Assembly (NCBI GenBank): GCA_036574075.1
Contig: JAINCN010000025.1
Span: forward strand, 3,336 to 67,335
DNA length: 64,000 nt
Direction of reading: 5' to 3'
From: Deltaproteobacteria bacterium
GTDB taxonomy: Bacteria; Desulfobacterota; Dissulfuribacteria; Dissulfuribacterales; UBA5754
Both the position numbers and the translations under genes were made by a program. This document shows positions 1-9,555 of the stretch, piece by piece (within the stretch, counting starts at the first letter, position 1; every line of letters starts with the position of its first letter). A model generated the notes under the pieces. That model worked only from the letters and a program-made list of their open reading frames with translations. It did not search any database and had not been told where the DNA came from.

Positions 1-9
1 AGATATCAT

Positions 10-177
10 CCTGAATCCGTCGTTCGGGGTAGTTGTTCCGTGCGGCAAATAGCCTCCTGTCCATGGGGGCGGATTTGCCGTTTGAGCCCCGCCATGGGCG
101 CCTCCATCCACAAACACCCTGAACGTCGGCTTATTTTGAAAAATTGCCAAGTTAAGTTCATATCTCACGGATTCAGG
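10..177 (+). mobile_element. MITE-like palindromic repeat, copy A
   Basis: Starts CCTGAATCCGT and ends CACGGATTCAGG (terminal inverted repeat). Flanked by direct ATCAT (5-9 and 178-182). Internal IR CGTTCGGGGTAGTTGT (21-36) / ACAAACACCCTGAACG (110-125) encloses a twin-hairpin core. A 34-nt module sits at the right end (131-164). Lies just downstream of the cobQ stop. Confidence 0.8.
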
Positions 178-198
178 ATCATGTTCAGTGCGATCATG

Positions 199-1698
199 TT
201 ATTCTATCCCCACGAGGGAAAGGAGCCGGGGGAGATCCGCGTGGGATTCCAGCCAGCGGGCGAGGAGGTCGAACCGGGCCTCTCTGAGGGCCCGCCAGCA
301 CGTGGTCGTCCTGAGGGGTTCAAGACCTTTTCGTGTCCTCAGGAAGTCCAGAAAGGCCCGACGGAGTGCGTCATTGTCAAAGAGGCCGTGGATGTAAGTC
401 CCGATCACAGGAAGGGACGGATGGGCTGCCCCGATGTGTGTTCCGTGGTCTGGTCCGAGTGGCCGGAAGGGTCCTGTGGCCGTTGTCCGGCCCATGTGGA
501 TCTCGTAGCCCCGGACAGGGACGGTAGTCGGAAAGAAGGGCGGGGCATGGAAGGTGATGGCCGTCTGAACGAGGCGTTTTTCATTTGTCATCACCGTTTC
601 TACAGACAGAAGCCCGAGGCCCTGACACATGCCTTCGTGTCCGTCATGGCCGTGGGGGTCCAGTATCCGGGTCCCGAGCATCTGATAGCCGCCGCAGATC
701 CCGAGTATCGGGGTCCCCTCTTGCGCAAGATCGCAGATGACCCGGTCCCATCCGGAGGCCTTCAGGAAGGCGAGGTCGGAAAGTGTGGTCTTGGTGCCGG
801 GCAGGACGAGGCAGTCGCAGGGGCCGAGGTCAGAGGGAGAGCTCGGCAAGGCGAGGGAGACGTCCGGTTCCACGGCCAGGGGGGCGAAGTCCGTGAAATT
901 GCTGATGCGCGGAAGATGTATCACCGCGATTCGAATCCCATTTGCCTTTTCCGTTTCAAGGTTCTTGACGAAGACACCGTCCTCCTCGTCGAATCGGGCA
1001 TCGGGTATCCATGGCAGGACCCCCAGGCAGGGCAGATCCGGAATGATATCTGCGAACTGACGGATCCCCGGAGCGAGGAGGGAGACGTCCCCACGAAACC
1101 TGTTCACGAGATATCCGGCGAAACGCTTTCGGTGACGGTCAGGGACGAGGTCATACGTGCCCTTTATCCAGGCAAAGACCCCGCCCCGGTCTATGTCTCC
1201 CACGAGGACAACCGGGGCGTGGGCCATCTCCGCCACGAACATGTTTACGAGGTCTGTGGTCTGAAGGTTGATTTCAGCAGGGCTCCCCGCGCCCTCGATC
1301 ACGATGACGTCGTAGTCAGCGGAAAGCGATTCGTATGCCTCGCGCACAACAGCGGAGTGGGCCTCAAAGCGTGCGTAGTACTCCCTGCCCGGGATGGTTT
1401 CAGAAGGCACCCCCCGGAGGATGACCTGGGACCTGGCCTCGCCCGTGGGCTTGAGGAGGATGGGGTTCATGCTGACGTCCGGAAGGATGCCGCATGCCTC
1501 TGCCTGGAATGCCTGGGCCCGTCCCATCTCGCCCCCCTCCATGGTGACGAATGAATTGAGGGCCATGTTCTGTGCCTTGAAGGGTGCGACTTTGACCCCG
1601 CTCTTTGCAAGTACCCTGCAGAATGCAGCACATACGAGGCTCTTTCCGACCCCAGAGCCTGTACCCTGGAACATGATGGCGCGTGCCTTGCCGTGCAT
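199..1698 (-). CDS. cobQ: cobyric acid synthase (CobQ/CbiP)
   Basis: 499 aa. N-terminal MFQGTGSGVGKS P-loop, and a C-terminal glutamine amidotransferase-like region with ILGICGGYQMLG, typical of CobQ. Confidence 0.9.
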   Translation of the reverse strand: MHGKARAIMFQGTGSGVGKSLVCAAFCRVLAKSGVKVAPFKAQNMALNSFVTMEGGEMGRAQAFQAEACGILPDVSMNPILLKPTGEARSQVILRGVPSETIPGREYYARFEAHSAVVREAYESLSADYDVIVIEGAGSPAEINLQTTDLVNMFVAEMAHAPVVLVGDIDRGGVFAWIKGTYDLVPDRHRKRFAGYLVNRFRGDVSLLAPGIRQFADIIPDLPCLGVLPWIPDARFDEEDGVFVKNLETEKANGIRIAVIHLPRISNFTDFAPLAVEPDVSLALPSSPSDLGPCDCLVLPGTKTTLSDLAFLKASGWDRVICDLAQEGTPILGICGGYQMLGTRILDPHGHDGHEGMCQGLGLLSVETVMTNEKRLVQTAITFHAPPFFPTTVPVRGYEIHMGRTTATGPFRPLGPDHGTHIGAAHPSLPVIGTYIHGLFDNDALRRAFLDFLRTRKGLEPLRTTTCWRALREARFDLLARWLESHADLPRLLSLVGIE

Positions 1699-1828
1699 GG
1701 GAAAGGAGCTTATGCCTGATCAGGCGCGGGTGCAATGCCAAACCGGAGTTGACTTTTTCCTAAGAAGGGAGAAATCTGCACAAATCTCCATCGAGAGCAT
1801 TCCATCTTCGCATGTGCGCCCCAATACC

Positions 1829-3019
1829 ATGAAAAAGATAATCCCATCGCTAAGGACACAGCATATCACTTACGCCATTCGGGACATCATCGCCATCTCC
1901 GAGCAGCGGAAAAAGGCAGGCGGTGACCTCTTGTATCTCAATATCGGCGACCCGGTCCTTTTCGGTTTCTCGACACCTTCTCACCTCATCGAGGCGTGCT
2001 ACCGCGCCATGTGTGAAAACCGCACGAATTATTCGGCCTCCGAAGGGGTCCCAGAGGCCGTTGAGGCCGTCCGACAGGAGGCCCTGCGGGAGGGAATCGA
2101 GCCTTACGATATCCTCATTACGACCGGGGCGAGCGAAGGGATCGACTTTGCCCTTTCGGCCCTTGTCAACCGCGGGGAGAACGTCCTTGTGCCCTCGCCT
2201 GGCTATCCCCTTTACAATGCCCTCCTTGCGAGACTTCTCGGGGAGGCGAGGCCCTACCGTCTCGACGAGGAAAAAAACTGGGAACCTGACATCGAGCACA
2301 TCGAAAGGCAGATCGACGACATGACCAAGGGAATCGTGGTCATCAACCCCAACAACCCGACCGGGGCCATCTACTCGGAGAAGACCCTCCGCGCGATCAT
2401 CGCCGTGGCCAAACGGCACGACCTCGTGATCCTGAGCGACGAGATCTATAACAAACTCATCTTGAACGGGCAGCCGCACATCCCACTCGCCTCTCTGGAC
2501 AAGGAGATCCCCATCATAACCTTCAACGGGCTCTCGAAGAACTACCTTGCCCCAGGGTTTCGTATCGGTTGGGCCATTATAAGTGGTCTTCCTGAGCTCG
2601 TCGGCGACTATGTGGAGGCCATGAAAAAACTCGCCCGTGCCCGGCTTTGCGCATCCCATCCCAAGCAGTTCGCCATTCCCGTAGCACTTAACGGCAACCA
2701 TTCCCACATCGAAGAGACATTGGAGAAGCTAAGGCGGAGGCGTGACCTCACGGTCGAGCGCCTGAATGAGATTCCGGGCATCTCTTGTCAGAGACCGAAC
2801 GGGGCGTTCTACGCCTTTCCGAGGCTCGAGGTGGACGTCAACGACGAGGATTTTGTGAAAGATCTCATACGAGAGACCGGTGTGGTCGTGGTCCACGGAA
2901 GCGGTTTCGGCCCCTTGCCCACCTCGCCCCATTTCCGCATGGTCTTTCTCCCGGAGGAAAGTGCACTGGACGAGGCATTTAATCGTATCGACGCCTACAT
3001 GAGACGGCACTTCTTCTGA
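1829..3019 (+). CDS. class I/II pyridoxal-phosphate aminotransferase (alanine/aspartate aminotransferase-like)
   Basis: The ORF opens at 1394, but homology begins at MKKIIPSLRTQHITYAIRDI (ATG at 1829). It has the LNIGDP motif, NPNNPTG, and the FNGLSKNY PLP-lysine context. The upstream part overlaps cobQ on the opposite strand. Confidence 0.85.
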   Translation: MKKIIPSLRTQHITYAIRDIIAISEQRKKAGGDLLYLNIGDPVLFGFSTPSHLIEACYRAMCENRTNYSASEGVPEAVEAVRQEALREGIEPYDILITTGASEGIDFALSALVNRGENVLVPSPGYPLYNALLARLLGEARPYRLDEEKNWEPDIEHIERQIDDMTKGIVVINPNNPTGAIYSEKTLRAIIAVAKRHDLVILSDEIYNKLILNGQPHIPLASLDKEIPIITFNGLSKNYLAPGFRIGWAIISGLPELVGDYVEAMKKLARARLCASHPKQFAIPVALNGNHSHIEETLEKLRRRRDLTVERLNEIPGISCQRPNGAFYAFPRLEVDVNDEDFVKDLIRETGVVVVHGSGFGPLPTSPHFRMVFLPEESALDEAFNRIDAYMRRHFF

Positions 3020-3022
3020 TCA

Positions 3023-3853
3023 TTAGCGGGACCTCCGCGATCTGGGATCGAGTGCCTCCCTGAGCCCTTCTCCAAGGAGGTTGTATCCCAATACAGTGAT
3101 CAGGATGGCAAGCCCAGGAAAGACCGAAAGCCACCACGCTACCTCCAGGTTGTCCTTCCCCTCGGTGAGCATGTTGCCCCAACTGGGGGTCGGGACCTGG
3201 ACCCCGATGCCGAGAAAGCTGAGGGCGCTTTCCGTGAGGATGGCCCCCCCGACCCCGAGGGTGGCTGAGACGAGTATGGGGGCCACGGCGTTCGGAAGGA
3301 TGTGTGAGAAGATGATGCGGGCATCAGAGGCCCCTGCAATTCGGGCGGCCATGACGAATTCCCGTTCCTTGAGGCTCAGGAACTCGGCCCGGACGAGGCG
3401 GGCCACCCCCATCCATCCTGTGAGCCCTATGACCGCCATGATGTTCCATATGGAGGGTTCGAGAAAGGCGATGACCGCCATGATGAGAAAGATCGTGGGG
3501 AAGCAGAGCATCATGTCCACGAATCGCATGATGACCCCATCGATCCAGCCTCCGTAGAAACCGGCCACTGCCCCGAGGACCGTGCCTATGGCGGTCGCAA
3601 GCCCCACAGCCACGAAACCCACGAGAAGGGATATTCGGGCACCGTTGATGAGTCGGCTGAGGCAGTCCCTGCCGAGGGAATCGGTGCCGAGAAGATGCGC
3701 TGTGGAGGGAGGAAGAAGGATGGCCCTGGTATCGATGGCATAGGGGTCGTGAGGGGAGATCCAGGGGGCAAGGACCGCGACGACGGCAAGTGTGCCCACG
3801 ATGGCAAGCCCGGCGACGGCAAGGGGGTTACGAAGGAAGTCCTTCCACCACAT
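3023..3853 (-). CDS. peptide/nickel ABC transporter permease (DppC/OppC family), orphan
   Basis: 276 aa, polytopic. N-terminal LGTDSLGRD motif and the BPD-transporter core (FLSLKEREFVMAARIAGAS) typical of DppC/OppC. No partner permease, ATPase or binding-protein genes are adjacent. Confidence 0.85.
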   Translation of the reverse strand: MWWKDFLRNPLAVAGLAIVGTLAVVAVLAPWISPHDPYAIDTRAILLPPSTAHLLGTDSLGRDCLSRLINGARISLLVGFVAVGLATAIGTVLGAVAGFYGGWIDGVIMRFVDMMLCFPTIFLIMAVIAFLEPSIWNIMAVIGLTGWMGVARLVRAEFLSLKEREFVMAARIAGASDARIIFSHILPNAVAPILVSATLGVGGAILTESALSFLGIGVQVPTPSWGNMLTEGKDNLEVAWWLSVFPGLAILITVLGYNLLGEGLREALDPRSRRSR

Positions 3854-3858
3854 GAAGG

Positions 3859-4434
3859 CTAGTCCTCTCCTCCCTGAGCCAGAGGGAATCGCTCGATCGG
3901 TGTGTAGATGGCCCCCCGGGGGCTGAGATCGCTTTGATAGAGGACGAACTCCCGGACAGGAAAGGCCTGGGCCGAGAACCCATCAGCGAGAAAGGTCGGA
4001 AGGATCTCGGCGAGGGCAAGGGGAGATCGGACGCGCCCCAAGGTTATGTGCGGTGCAAAATTCCCGTCTTTTCCGGGACGGCCGAGGGCGTTTATAGCGG
4101 ATTCGAGCTCGTCGTGGAGATGGAATAGGCGTGGCAGGTCGCCACTGAGCCCGATCCACAGGACCCTGGGGCGTGCTGCATTGGGAAAGACCCCGGTGCC
4201 TTTGGGTTCGAGCGTGAAGGGGAAAATGCCCCTGGCCGCATGGCGGCAGGCCGCGCTGATCCCGTGGAGACTTTCTTTCAAGACGTCCCCGAGAAAGAGG
4301 AGGGTGACGTGGAGATTCTCCGGGGGGGTCCATGAGATCCGGCCCTTCTGGGTCTTCCGCCAGAGGGAGACGGCCTTGCCGATCCCTTGCGAGAGTTCAT
4401 CGGGCAGATCGATCGCAAGGAAGGCGCGTACCAT
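3859..4434 (-). CDS. thpR: RNA 2',3'-cyclic phosphodiesterase (2H phosphoesterase, ThpR/LigT)
   Basis: 191 aa. Two H-x-T-L motifs (LHVTLLFLG and PHITLGR), and an MVRAFLAIDLP start typical of the family. Confidence 0.85.
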   Translation of the reverse strand: MVRAFLAIDLPDELSQGIGKAVSLWRKTQKGRISWTPPENLHVTLLFLGDVLKESLHGISAACRHAARGIFPFTLEPKGTGVFPNAARPRVLWIGLSGDLPRLFHLHDELESAINALGRPGKDGNFAPHITLGRVRSPLALAEILPTFLADGFSAQAFPVREFVLYQSDLSPRGAIYTPIERFPLAQGGED

Positions 4435-5662
4435 ACTGGAGGGTGCGTCTCAGCCAGTCGAGGGCGGTCTCGGCCGTGGATTCCTGGATCATGGAACGGG
4501 TCCCGGAGAAGCGAAACCTGTGGCTCGCTGTCCAGTCCGGTGTGGCTAGGGCGATGTGGACCGTGCCTACGGGTTTTTCCTCTGTGCCTCCTGACGGTCC
4601 TGCAATCCCGGTGACTGCGATGCCAAAGGGGACATGGGCGATCCGTATGATGCCCTTCACCATGTGAATGGCGGTCTCTTCGCTTACAGCCCCGTGTCTT
4701 TCGAGGATCTCCTCCGGGACGCCGAGGATCTGTATCTTGGAGCAGTTGCTATAGGTGATGACACCGCGGTCGAACCAGGCCGAGCTTCCTGGCACACGAG
4801 TGATCCGCGAAGCGATGAGCCCTCCGGTACAGGATTCGGCCGTGGCGAGAAGCCCACCCCTTTCGGTGAGAAGACGCCCGACGACCGATTCGAGGGTGTC
4901 GTCGTCTGTTGCCACGATGTTTTCTCCAAGTCGGGCCTCGGTCTCTTTACAGGCAGCGAGAAAGGCCGCGTCCACAGCCCTTTTGTCATGGTCACGGGCC
5001 GTGACTGTGACGTGGACCTCTGGGAATACGGGATAGTATCCGATGGTGATCAGATCCCCATGTGCCAGATCCCCGACCATGGCGTTGATCTCGGTCTCAA
5101 GGAGGCCGAAGGTCCGGTAGGTCCGGCGCCGGACGGAAAAATCCGGCGAGACGAGGGCGTGAAGCCTGGGAAGTACGGCATCGACAAGGAGGCGCTCCAT
5201 CTGTTCCGGTATGCCGGGGAGAAAAAAGAAGGAGACGCCGCCGTGCTCTAAGGCGTATCCTGCGGCCGAACCGAAGGGGTCCAGCACCTGCGCGCCCTCG
5301 GGGAGATAGGCGAGTTTTCGAATCATGTCGGCCTGAGTCGCGCCCAATGTCTTTCCGTGGGCCATGATGCGTTTCTGGATTCCCTCGTTGAGGACGAGGG
5401 GAATGCCGAGGGCGACTGAGACCGTCTCGTTCGTGATGTCGTCCGTGGTGGGGCCGAGGCCACCTGTGACGATCACGAAACGGGATCGTGTCATCGCCCG
5501 GGTGACCGCCTCCTGAATGTCTTTCGGATCGTCCCCCACGGTCGTGATGCGGTTGATGGGGTAGCCGGCAGAAAAGAGGCGGCTTGCGGCAAAACTGCTC
5601 GTCGCGTTCATGACCCGTCCCGAGGTCAGCTCGTCACCAATGGCAATGATCTCACCACGCAT
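4397..5662 (-). CDS. cinA: CinA-family competence/damage-inducible protein (nicotinamide-nucleotide amidase)
   Basis: 421 aa. N-terminal MoCF-biosynthesis-like domain (MRGEIIAIGDELTSGR, TGGLGPTTDDIT) plus a C-terminal CinA deamidase domain (ESCTGGLIA). Confidence 0.9.
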   Translation of the reverse strand: MRGEIIAIGDELTSGRVMNATSSFAASRLFSAGYPINRITTVGDDPKDIQEAVTRAMTRSRFVIVTGGLGPTTDDITNETVSVALGIPLVLNEGIQKRIMAHGKTLGATQADMIRKLAYLPEGAQVLDPFGSAAGYALEHGGVSFFFLPGIPEQMERLLVDAVLPRLHALVSPDFSVRRRTYRTFGLLETEINAMVGDLAHGDLITIGYYPVFPEVHVTVTARDHDKRAVDAAFLAACKETEARLGENIVATDDDTLESVVGRLLTERGGLLATAESCTGGLIASRITRVPGSSAWFDRGVITYSNCSKIQILGVPEEILERHGAVSEETAIHMVKGIIRIAHVPFGIAVTGIAGPSGGTEEKPVGTVHIALATPDWTASHRFRFSGTRSMIQESTAETALDWLRRTLQYGTRLPCDRSAR

Positions 5663-6143
5663 TCTGTGTCACCGTGTCCCAGAATCGGCCGAGGAGGTTG
5701 GCGCCGAGACCAGCCAGGATGTCGTCCGCCGCCACCCCGATTCCGCCGGAAAGCCTTTTTTCCACCCATCCTATACCAAAAGGCTTGGTGATGTCGAGGA
5801 GGCGAAAAAGGACGAAGGCCCTAAGGACCACGAAGAGGGTCGGATCCGTGAATGCAAGGGCCACGGCCATGCCGGCCACCTCGTCAGCAACGATCGGCGA
5901 GGCGTCTTCCCGCCCGAAAAGCCTTTCGGCCCGTCCGGCAAGATATACGGCGCTGAGACAGAGGAGCACGACGGCCAAGGCCTCCCCGGTTGGGGACAAG
6001 GCATGTGCTCCGAGGGCAAAGGGGATGGCTGGCAGACTTCCCCACGTGCCCGGGGCAAGAGGGATCCGTCCGAGAAATCCTGCCGTCGCCCCGAAAAGTA
6101 CGAGACGGTCCCGAAGGGTGAGGCCTACGGGCCATTTCCCCAT
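5652..6143 (-). CDS. pgpA: phosphatidylglycerophosphatase A
   Basis: PLAPGTWGSLPAIPF motif and ADEVAGM, characteristic of PgpA. Start placed at MGKWPVGL (6143); the ORF is open to 6230. Confidence 0.8.
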   Translation of the reverse strand: MGKWPVGLTLRDRLVLFGATAGFLGRIPLAPGTWGSLPAIPFALGAHALSPTGEALAVVLLCLSAVYLAGRAERLFGREDASPIVADEVAGMAVALAFTDPTLFVVLRAFVLFRLLDITKPFGIGWVEKRLSGGIGVAADDILAGLGANLLGRFWDTVTQNAW

Positions 6144-6157
6144 CCGTTTGCCCTCGT

Positions 6158-6871
6158 TCACCTCTCGTCTCCTTCCTGGGGGCTGGCTTGGTGTTCCACC
6201 CATGCGTACAGGCGTTCCCTGGCGAGCCACGCAGGTAGTACTATGAGGGCCGTGGCTCCAAAAACGAGGGCCATGTGTCCCACGTCACCATCGTAGACGC
6301 TCGCTCCCTGAAGGGTGAGCATAAAGGTCCCGGGGATGCGTCCGATTGCGGTAATGAAGAGGAAGACCTGCCACGGCATGTGGGAAAGTCCGAGGATGTA
6401 GCAGAGAAAGTCCTTGGGAAAGCCCGGAAAAAGGAAGAGAAAAAAGAAGAGGAAGATCCCCTGGTGTTCGACGAGGTGCTCGAATCTGGCATAGGCCGAG
6501 GATCTTTCCAGGTATCTCTTGACGAGGCCCCGGAAGGATCTTGCGAGGGAAAAGGCAAGAAAGGATCCGAGGACAAGCCCGCCCATGGCGAGAAAAAAGC
6601 CCTCCCACGCCCCGAATAGGAAGCCAGCGATGAATCCTGTCGCCTCGCCCGGTACAGGGGCGGCCACGACCTGAAGGGCCTGGAGAAAAACGAATACGAG
6701 GGGTGCGAACGGGCCATGGGAAAGGATGAAGGCCCGGAGTGCCTCCTTGCTGTGGGAGAACCCGGCCCACATGTCATGTAATGCGGACATGACAGTGGGA
6801 GCGGTAAGAACTACTGCTACGGCAGTTATGGCAAGGGAACCGGCGATGAGAACCCGTCCCCTCTGTGTCAT
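6158..6871 (-). CDS. DedA/TVP38 (SNARE-associated) family membrane protein
   Basis: 237 aa from MTQRGRVLIAG. Multiple TM helices, with the VPGEATGFIAGFLFG motif. The ATG at 6871 overlaps the nadB stop (ATGA). The upstream 189 codons of the ORF are R/P/G-rich and overlap nadB. Confidence 0.75.
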   Translation of the reverse strand: MTQRGRVLIAGSLAITAVAVVLTAPTVMSALHDMWAGFSHSKEALRAFILSHGPFAPLVFVFLQALQVVAAPVPGEATGFIAGFLFGAWEGFFLAMGGLVLGSFLAFSLARSFRGLVKRYLERSSAYARFEHLVEHQGIFLFFFLFLFPGFPKDFLCYILGLSHMPWQVFLFITAIGRIPGTFMLTLQGASVYDGDVGHMALVFGATALIVLPAWLARERLYAWVEHQASPQEGDER

Positions 6872-8493
6872 GGGCGTGGGGCCTCTCGGGTGATGACGGT
6901 ATCCCTGCGCCAGTTCCAGTCGTCCTTGCGCGGATGGTCGGCGTTGAAATGCCCGCCCCGGCTCTCCGCGCGTCCGGACGCGCATTCGATGATGAGCTTG
7001 GCCACGAGGGCCAGGTTTCTCACCTCGATGAAATCGCTTGTGAGGATGTAATCCCAATAATGCCGCTGGAGCTCGTCGAGGATGGGGACGATCCGCTCCC
7101 GGGCAAGGGCGAGCCGTTTGTCGCTTCTGACGATTCCCACATAGTTCCACATGAGGCGGCGGATCACGTCCCAGTTGAAGGAGATGATGACCGCCTCGTC
7201 CAGGTCTACTGCCCCTCCAGGATCCCAGGGTGGGACAGGTGGCGGGGTCCACGGGGCGAGGAATGCCGGGTCTTTGGTCAGCCGCTCGGAGACCTGATGG
7301 GCCATGACGAGGCCCTCGAGAAGGGAATTGGAGGCGAGCCGGTTCGCACCGTGAAGGCCGGTGCAGGCCGTCTCCCCGAGGGCGAAGAGACCAGCTATGT
7401 TTGTCTCTCCGTATTCGTCCGTGACAACGCCCCCACACATATAATGGGCCGCAGGGACCACGGGGATGGGCTCCTTTGTGATGTCATAGCCGAATCTGAG
7501 GCACGTCTCGTAGATATTTGGAAAACGGGTCCGTATGAAATCGCTTGGTCTGTGGCTAATGTCCAGATAGACGCAATCCTTGCCGCTCTTTTTGAGCTCG
7601 TTGTCTATGGCCCTGGCGATGACATCCCGGTTTGCAAGTTCCATCTCCGTAGGGGCGTACTTCTCCATGAATCTTCGGCCCTCATGGTCGATGAGATGCG
7701 CACCTTCACCCCGGAGGGCCTCGGATATGAGAAAGTTCTTGGCCAGGGGGTGGAAGAGACAGGTGGGGTGGAACTGGACGAATTCCAGATTGGCGATCCT
7801 GGCCCCGGCCCGGTAGGCCATGGCGATGCCGTCTCCAGTGGCCACGTCCGGGTTGCTCGTGTAGAGATAGACCTTTCCGGTCCCGCCTGTGGCGAGAATG
7901 GTCGCCTTTGCCAGATAGGTATGGATGATGCCGGTCCGGGAATCTAGGACATAGGCCCCGAGACATCGCTCGGAGTAAGGGGAGGGGCGGGGGGAGCGCA
8001 CTGCGCACCGGGTGATGAGGTCCACGGCGACGTGGTATTCCTGTATGGTGATGGCAGGTGAATCTGAGACCCGCGAGACGAGGGTCTTCTCAAGGGATTG
8101 GCCAGTGAAGTCCTCCACATGGAGGACGCGGCGTCGGCTGTGTCCGCCTTCCCGGCCCAGATCAAGATGGGTGGACGCATCGGGCGATCGAGTGAAGGTA
8201 AGCCCCAAGGACTCGAGCTCCCGAATCCGATCCGGCCCCTGGGTGACCACGAGTCTCACTATGTCCTCGTGGCAGATCCCGTCTCCGGCCCGAAGGGTGT
8301 CCTGCATGTGGAGGTCCGGGGAGTCGTCCGCACCGATGGCGCAGGCGATTCCCCCCTGGGCATAGGTGGTGGCCGTGTCCGTGAGCCCTTTCTTGGTGAT
8401 GAGGGTCACACGGCCCACGCGTGCGAGTTTGAGGGCGAGGGAGAGGCCTGCTACCCCACTGCCGATGATCAGATAGTCCGTTTCATGTTCCAT
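6868..8493 (-). CDS. nadB: L-aspartate oxidase
   Basis: DYLIIGSGVAGLSLALKL FAD-binding fold, TTYAQGGIA, and an RGEGA motif. Length and order are typical of NadB. Start taken at MEHETDYLIIG. Confidence 0.9.
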   Translation of the reverse strand: MEHETDYLIIGSGVAGLSLALKLARVGRVTLITKKGLTDTATTYAQGGIACAIGADDSPDLHMQDTLRAGDGICHEDIVRLVVTQGPDRIRELESLGLTFTRSPDASTHLDLGREGGHSRRRVLHVEDFTGQSLEKTLVSRVSDSPAITIQEYHVAVDLITRCAVRSPRPSPYSERCLGAYVLDSRTGIIHTYLAKATILATGGTGKVYLYTSNPDVATGDGIAMAYRAGARIANLEFVQFHPTCLFHPLAKNFLISEALRGEGAHLIDHEGRRFMEKYAPTEMELANRDVIARAIDNELKKSGKDCVYLDISHRPSDFIRTRFPNIYETCLRFGYDITKEPIPVVPAAHYMCGGVVTDEYGETNIAGLFALGETACTGLHGANRLASNSLLEGLVMAHQVSERLTKDPAFLAPWTPPPVPPWDPGGAVDLDEAVIISFNWDVIRRLMWNYVGIVRSDKRLALARERIVPILDELQRHYWDYILTSDFIEVRNLALVAKLIIECASGRAESRGGHFNADHPRKDDWNWRRDTVITREAPRP

Positions 8494-9457
8494 AGCGTGT
8501 GTCCAGGGCCTGTGCAATAGGTGCGAAGACGTCAGGAAAACGGGAGACACATTCCGGAAGCAAGAGGAGCATGAGTTCCCTCATGGAAGGATCAGCGGCC
8601 TTGGAGGTCCGAAGACGCAGGATGTGGCGCCACTCGTCGAGGGTCGCGTGTACCATGATCTCGGTCTTGCAGGAGTTGGGAAGAACGGTCCTCGCCGCCT
8701 GTGGGGAAGAGGTCTCGAGGAGTTTCAGATAGCGTTTCTCCGCCTCTTCCATGGCCTCACGCCAGAGCGCAAACTCAGGCGTGCCCTCTGCGTAAAAACA
8801 CGGCCGGATAAACTCCACGGCGCACCCGAAACGGGGGTCGTCGTAACGGCAGTAACGCTGGGACTCCTGGAGATAGGACGCAACCCTGTGCCGGACAAGT
8901 TCGTGGGTGACTGCCCGGTTCGTTATGAAGTGGACGAGAAGTGTCCGGTGCCTGAGAGCAAGGTCAGGGGAGAGGGCCGCTATCTCGGATGGAGGAACGA
9001 TCCGAACGGCGATGCCGTCCTGGGGGATCCAGCCATGGCGGGGTGCTAAGTCTTCAAAGAGAACGGGATGGTGGGTGGTCAGTTCCCTGAGCACGGCCTT
9101 AGTGACCTTGAGGCCGGGAAAGTCCCGGGCCAGGTCCCGAAAGGAGCGGGGATTGCCGGACAGGAGGTAAACACCCTTTTCAATCCGGTCCGCCCGAAGG
9201 AAACGGGGGATGACGGCAAAGAGCTTCTGGATGATGGACTCGGCGTCGATCCGAAGCTCGAGGACGATCTGGGCGAGCTCGAGTACGGATTCATGCCCGC
9301 GGGATATGATCCCCTTGATGAAGGCGGTGGCAGAGCCTTCCGTGATCCTGTCCTCGCTCTTGTAGCAGACCCGTCCGCATCGCTCGATCTGTTCGAGGAT
9401 CCGCCCTTCCTTCCAGTAATCGTCGAGGATTCGGCAGGATTGTTCCCGTATCCGCAT
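8483..9457 (-). CDS. thyX: FAD-dependent thymidylate synthase
   Basis: ThyX signature RHRVASYLQESQRYCRY (RHR...S...SQRY). AAGGAG ribosome-binding site upstream of the ATG at 9457. At 324 aa it is longer than many ThyX proteins. Confidence 0.85.
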   Translation of the reverse strand: MRIREQSCRILDDYWKEGRILEQIERCGRVCYKSEDRITEGSATAFIKGIISRGHESVLELAQIVLELRIDAESIIQKLFAVIPRFLRADRIEKGVYLLSGNPRSFRDLARDFPGLKVTKAVLRELTTHHPVLFEDLAPRHGWIPQDGIAVRIVPPSEIAALSPDLALRHRTLLVHFITNRAVTHELVRHRVASYLQESQRYCRYDDPRFGCAVEFIRPCFYAEGTPEFALWREAMEEAEKRYLKLLETSSPQAARTVLPNSCKTEIMVHATLDEWRHILRLRTSKAADPSMRELMLLLLPECVSRFPDVFAPIAQALDTRYGT

Positions 9458-9506
9458 GGATTTACTCCTTCCTCAATGTGATACACGCAACCAATCGATT
9501 CATATC

Positions 9507-9535
9507 TCACCACAGAGAGCACAGAGGACACAGAG
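9507..9535 (+). repeat. CACAGAG-rich 29-nt motif, copy 1
   Basis: CTCACCACAGAGAGCACAGAGGACACAGAG, three tandem ~8-mers. A near-identical copy in reverse complement lies at 17323-17352. It sits immediately left of MITE copy B. Confidence 0.6.
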
Positions 9536-9555
9536 AAAATCTCCCTATCATCGTA

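Noticed and set aside
40-1554. Long shadow ORFs overlapping recognised genes on either strand (for example 40-1554, 15834-16964, 24655-25929, 33251-34189, 56629-58026).
   Set aside because: They are Arg/Gly/Pro-rich and low in complexity, have no recognisable motifs, and fully overlap genes with strong family signatures. This is the usual artefact of GC-rich DNA.
6872-7438. 189-codon N-terminal extension of the DedA/TVP38 ORF (the ORF is open from 7438).
   Set aside because: The extension overlaps nadB on the same strand in another frame and is R/P/G-rich. The membrane-protein homology starts at the Met at 6871, which overlaps the nadB stop.
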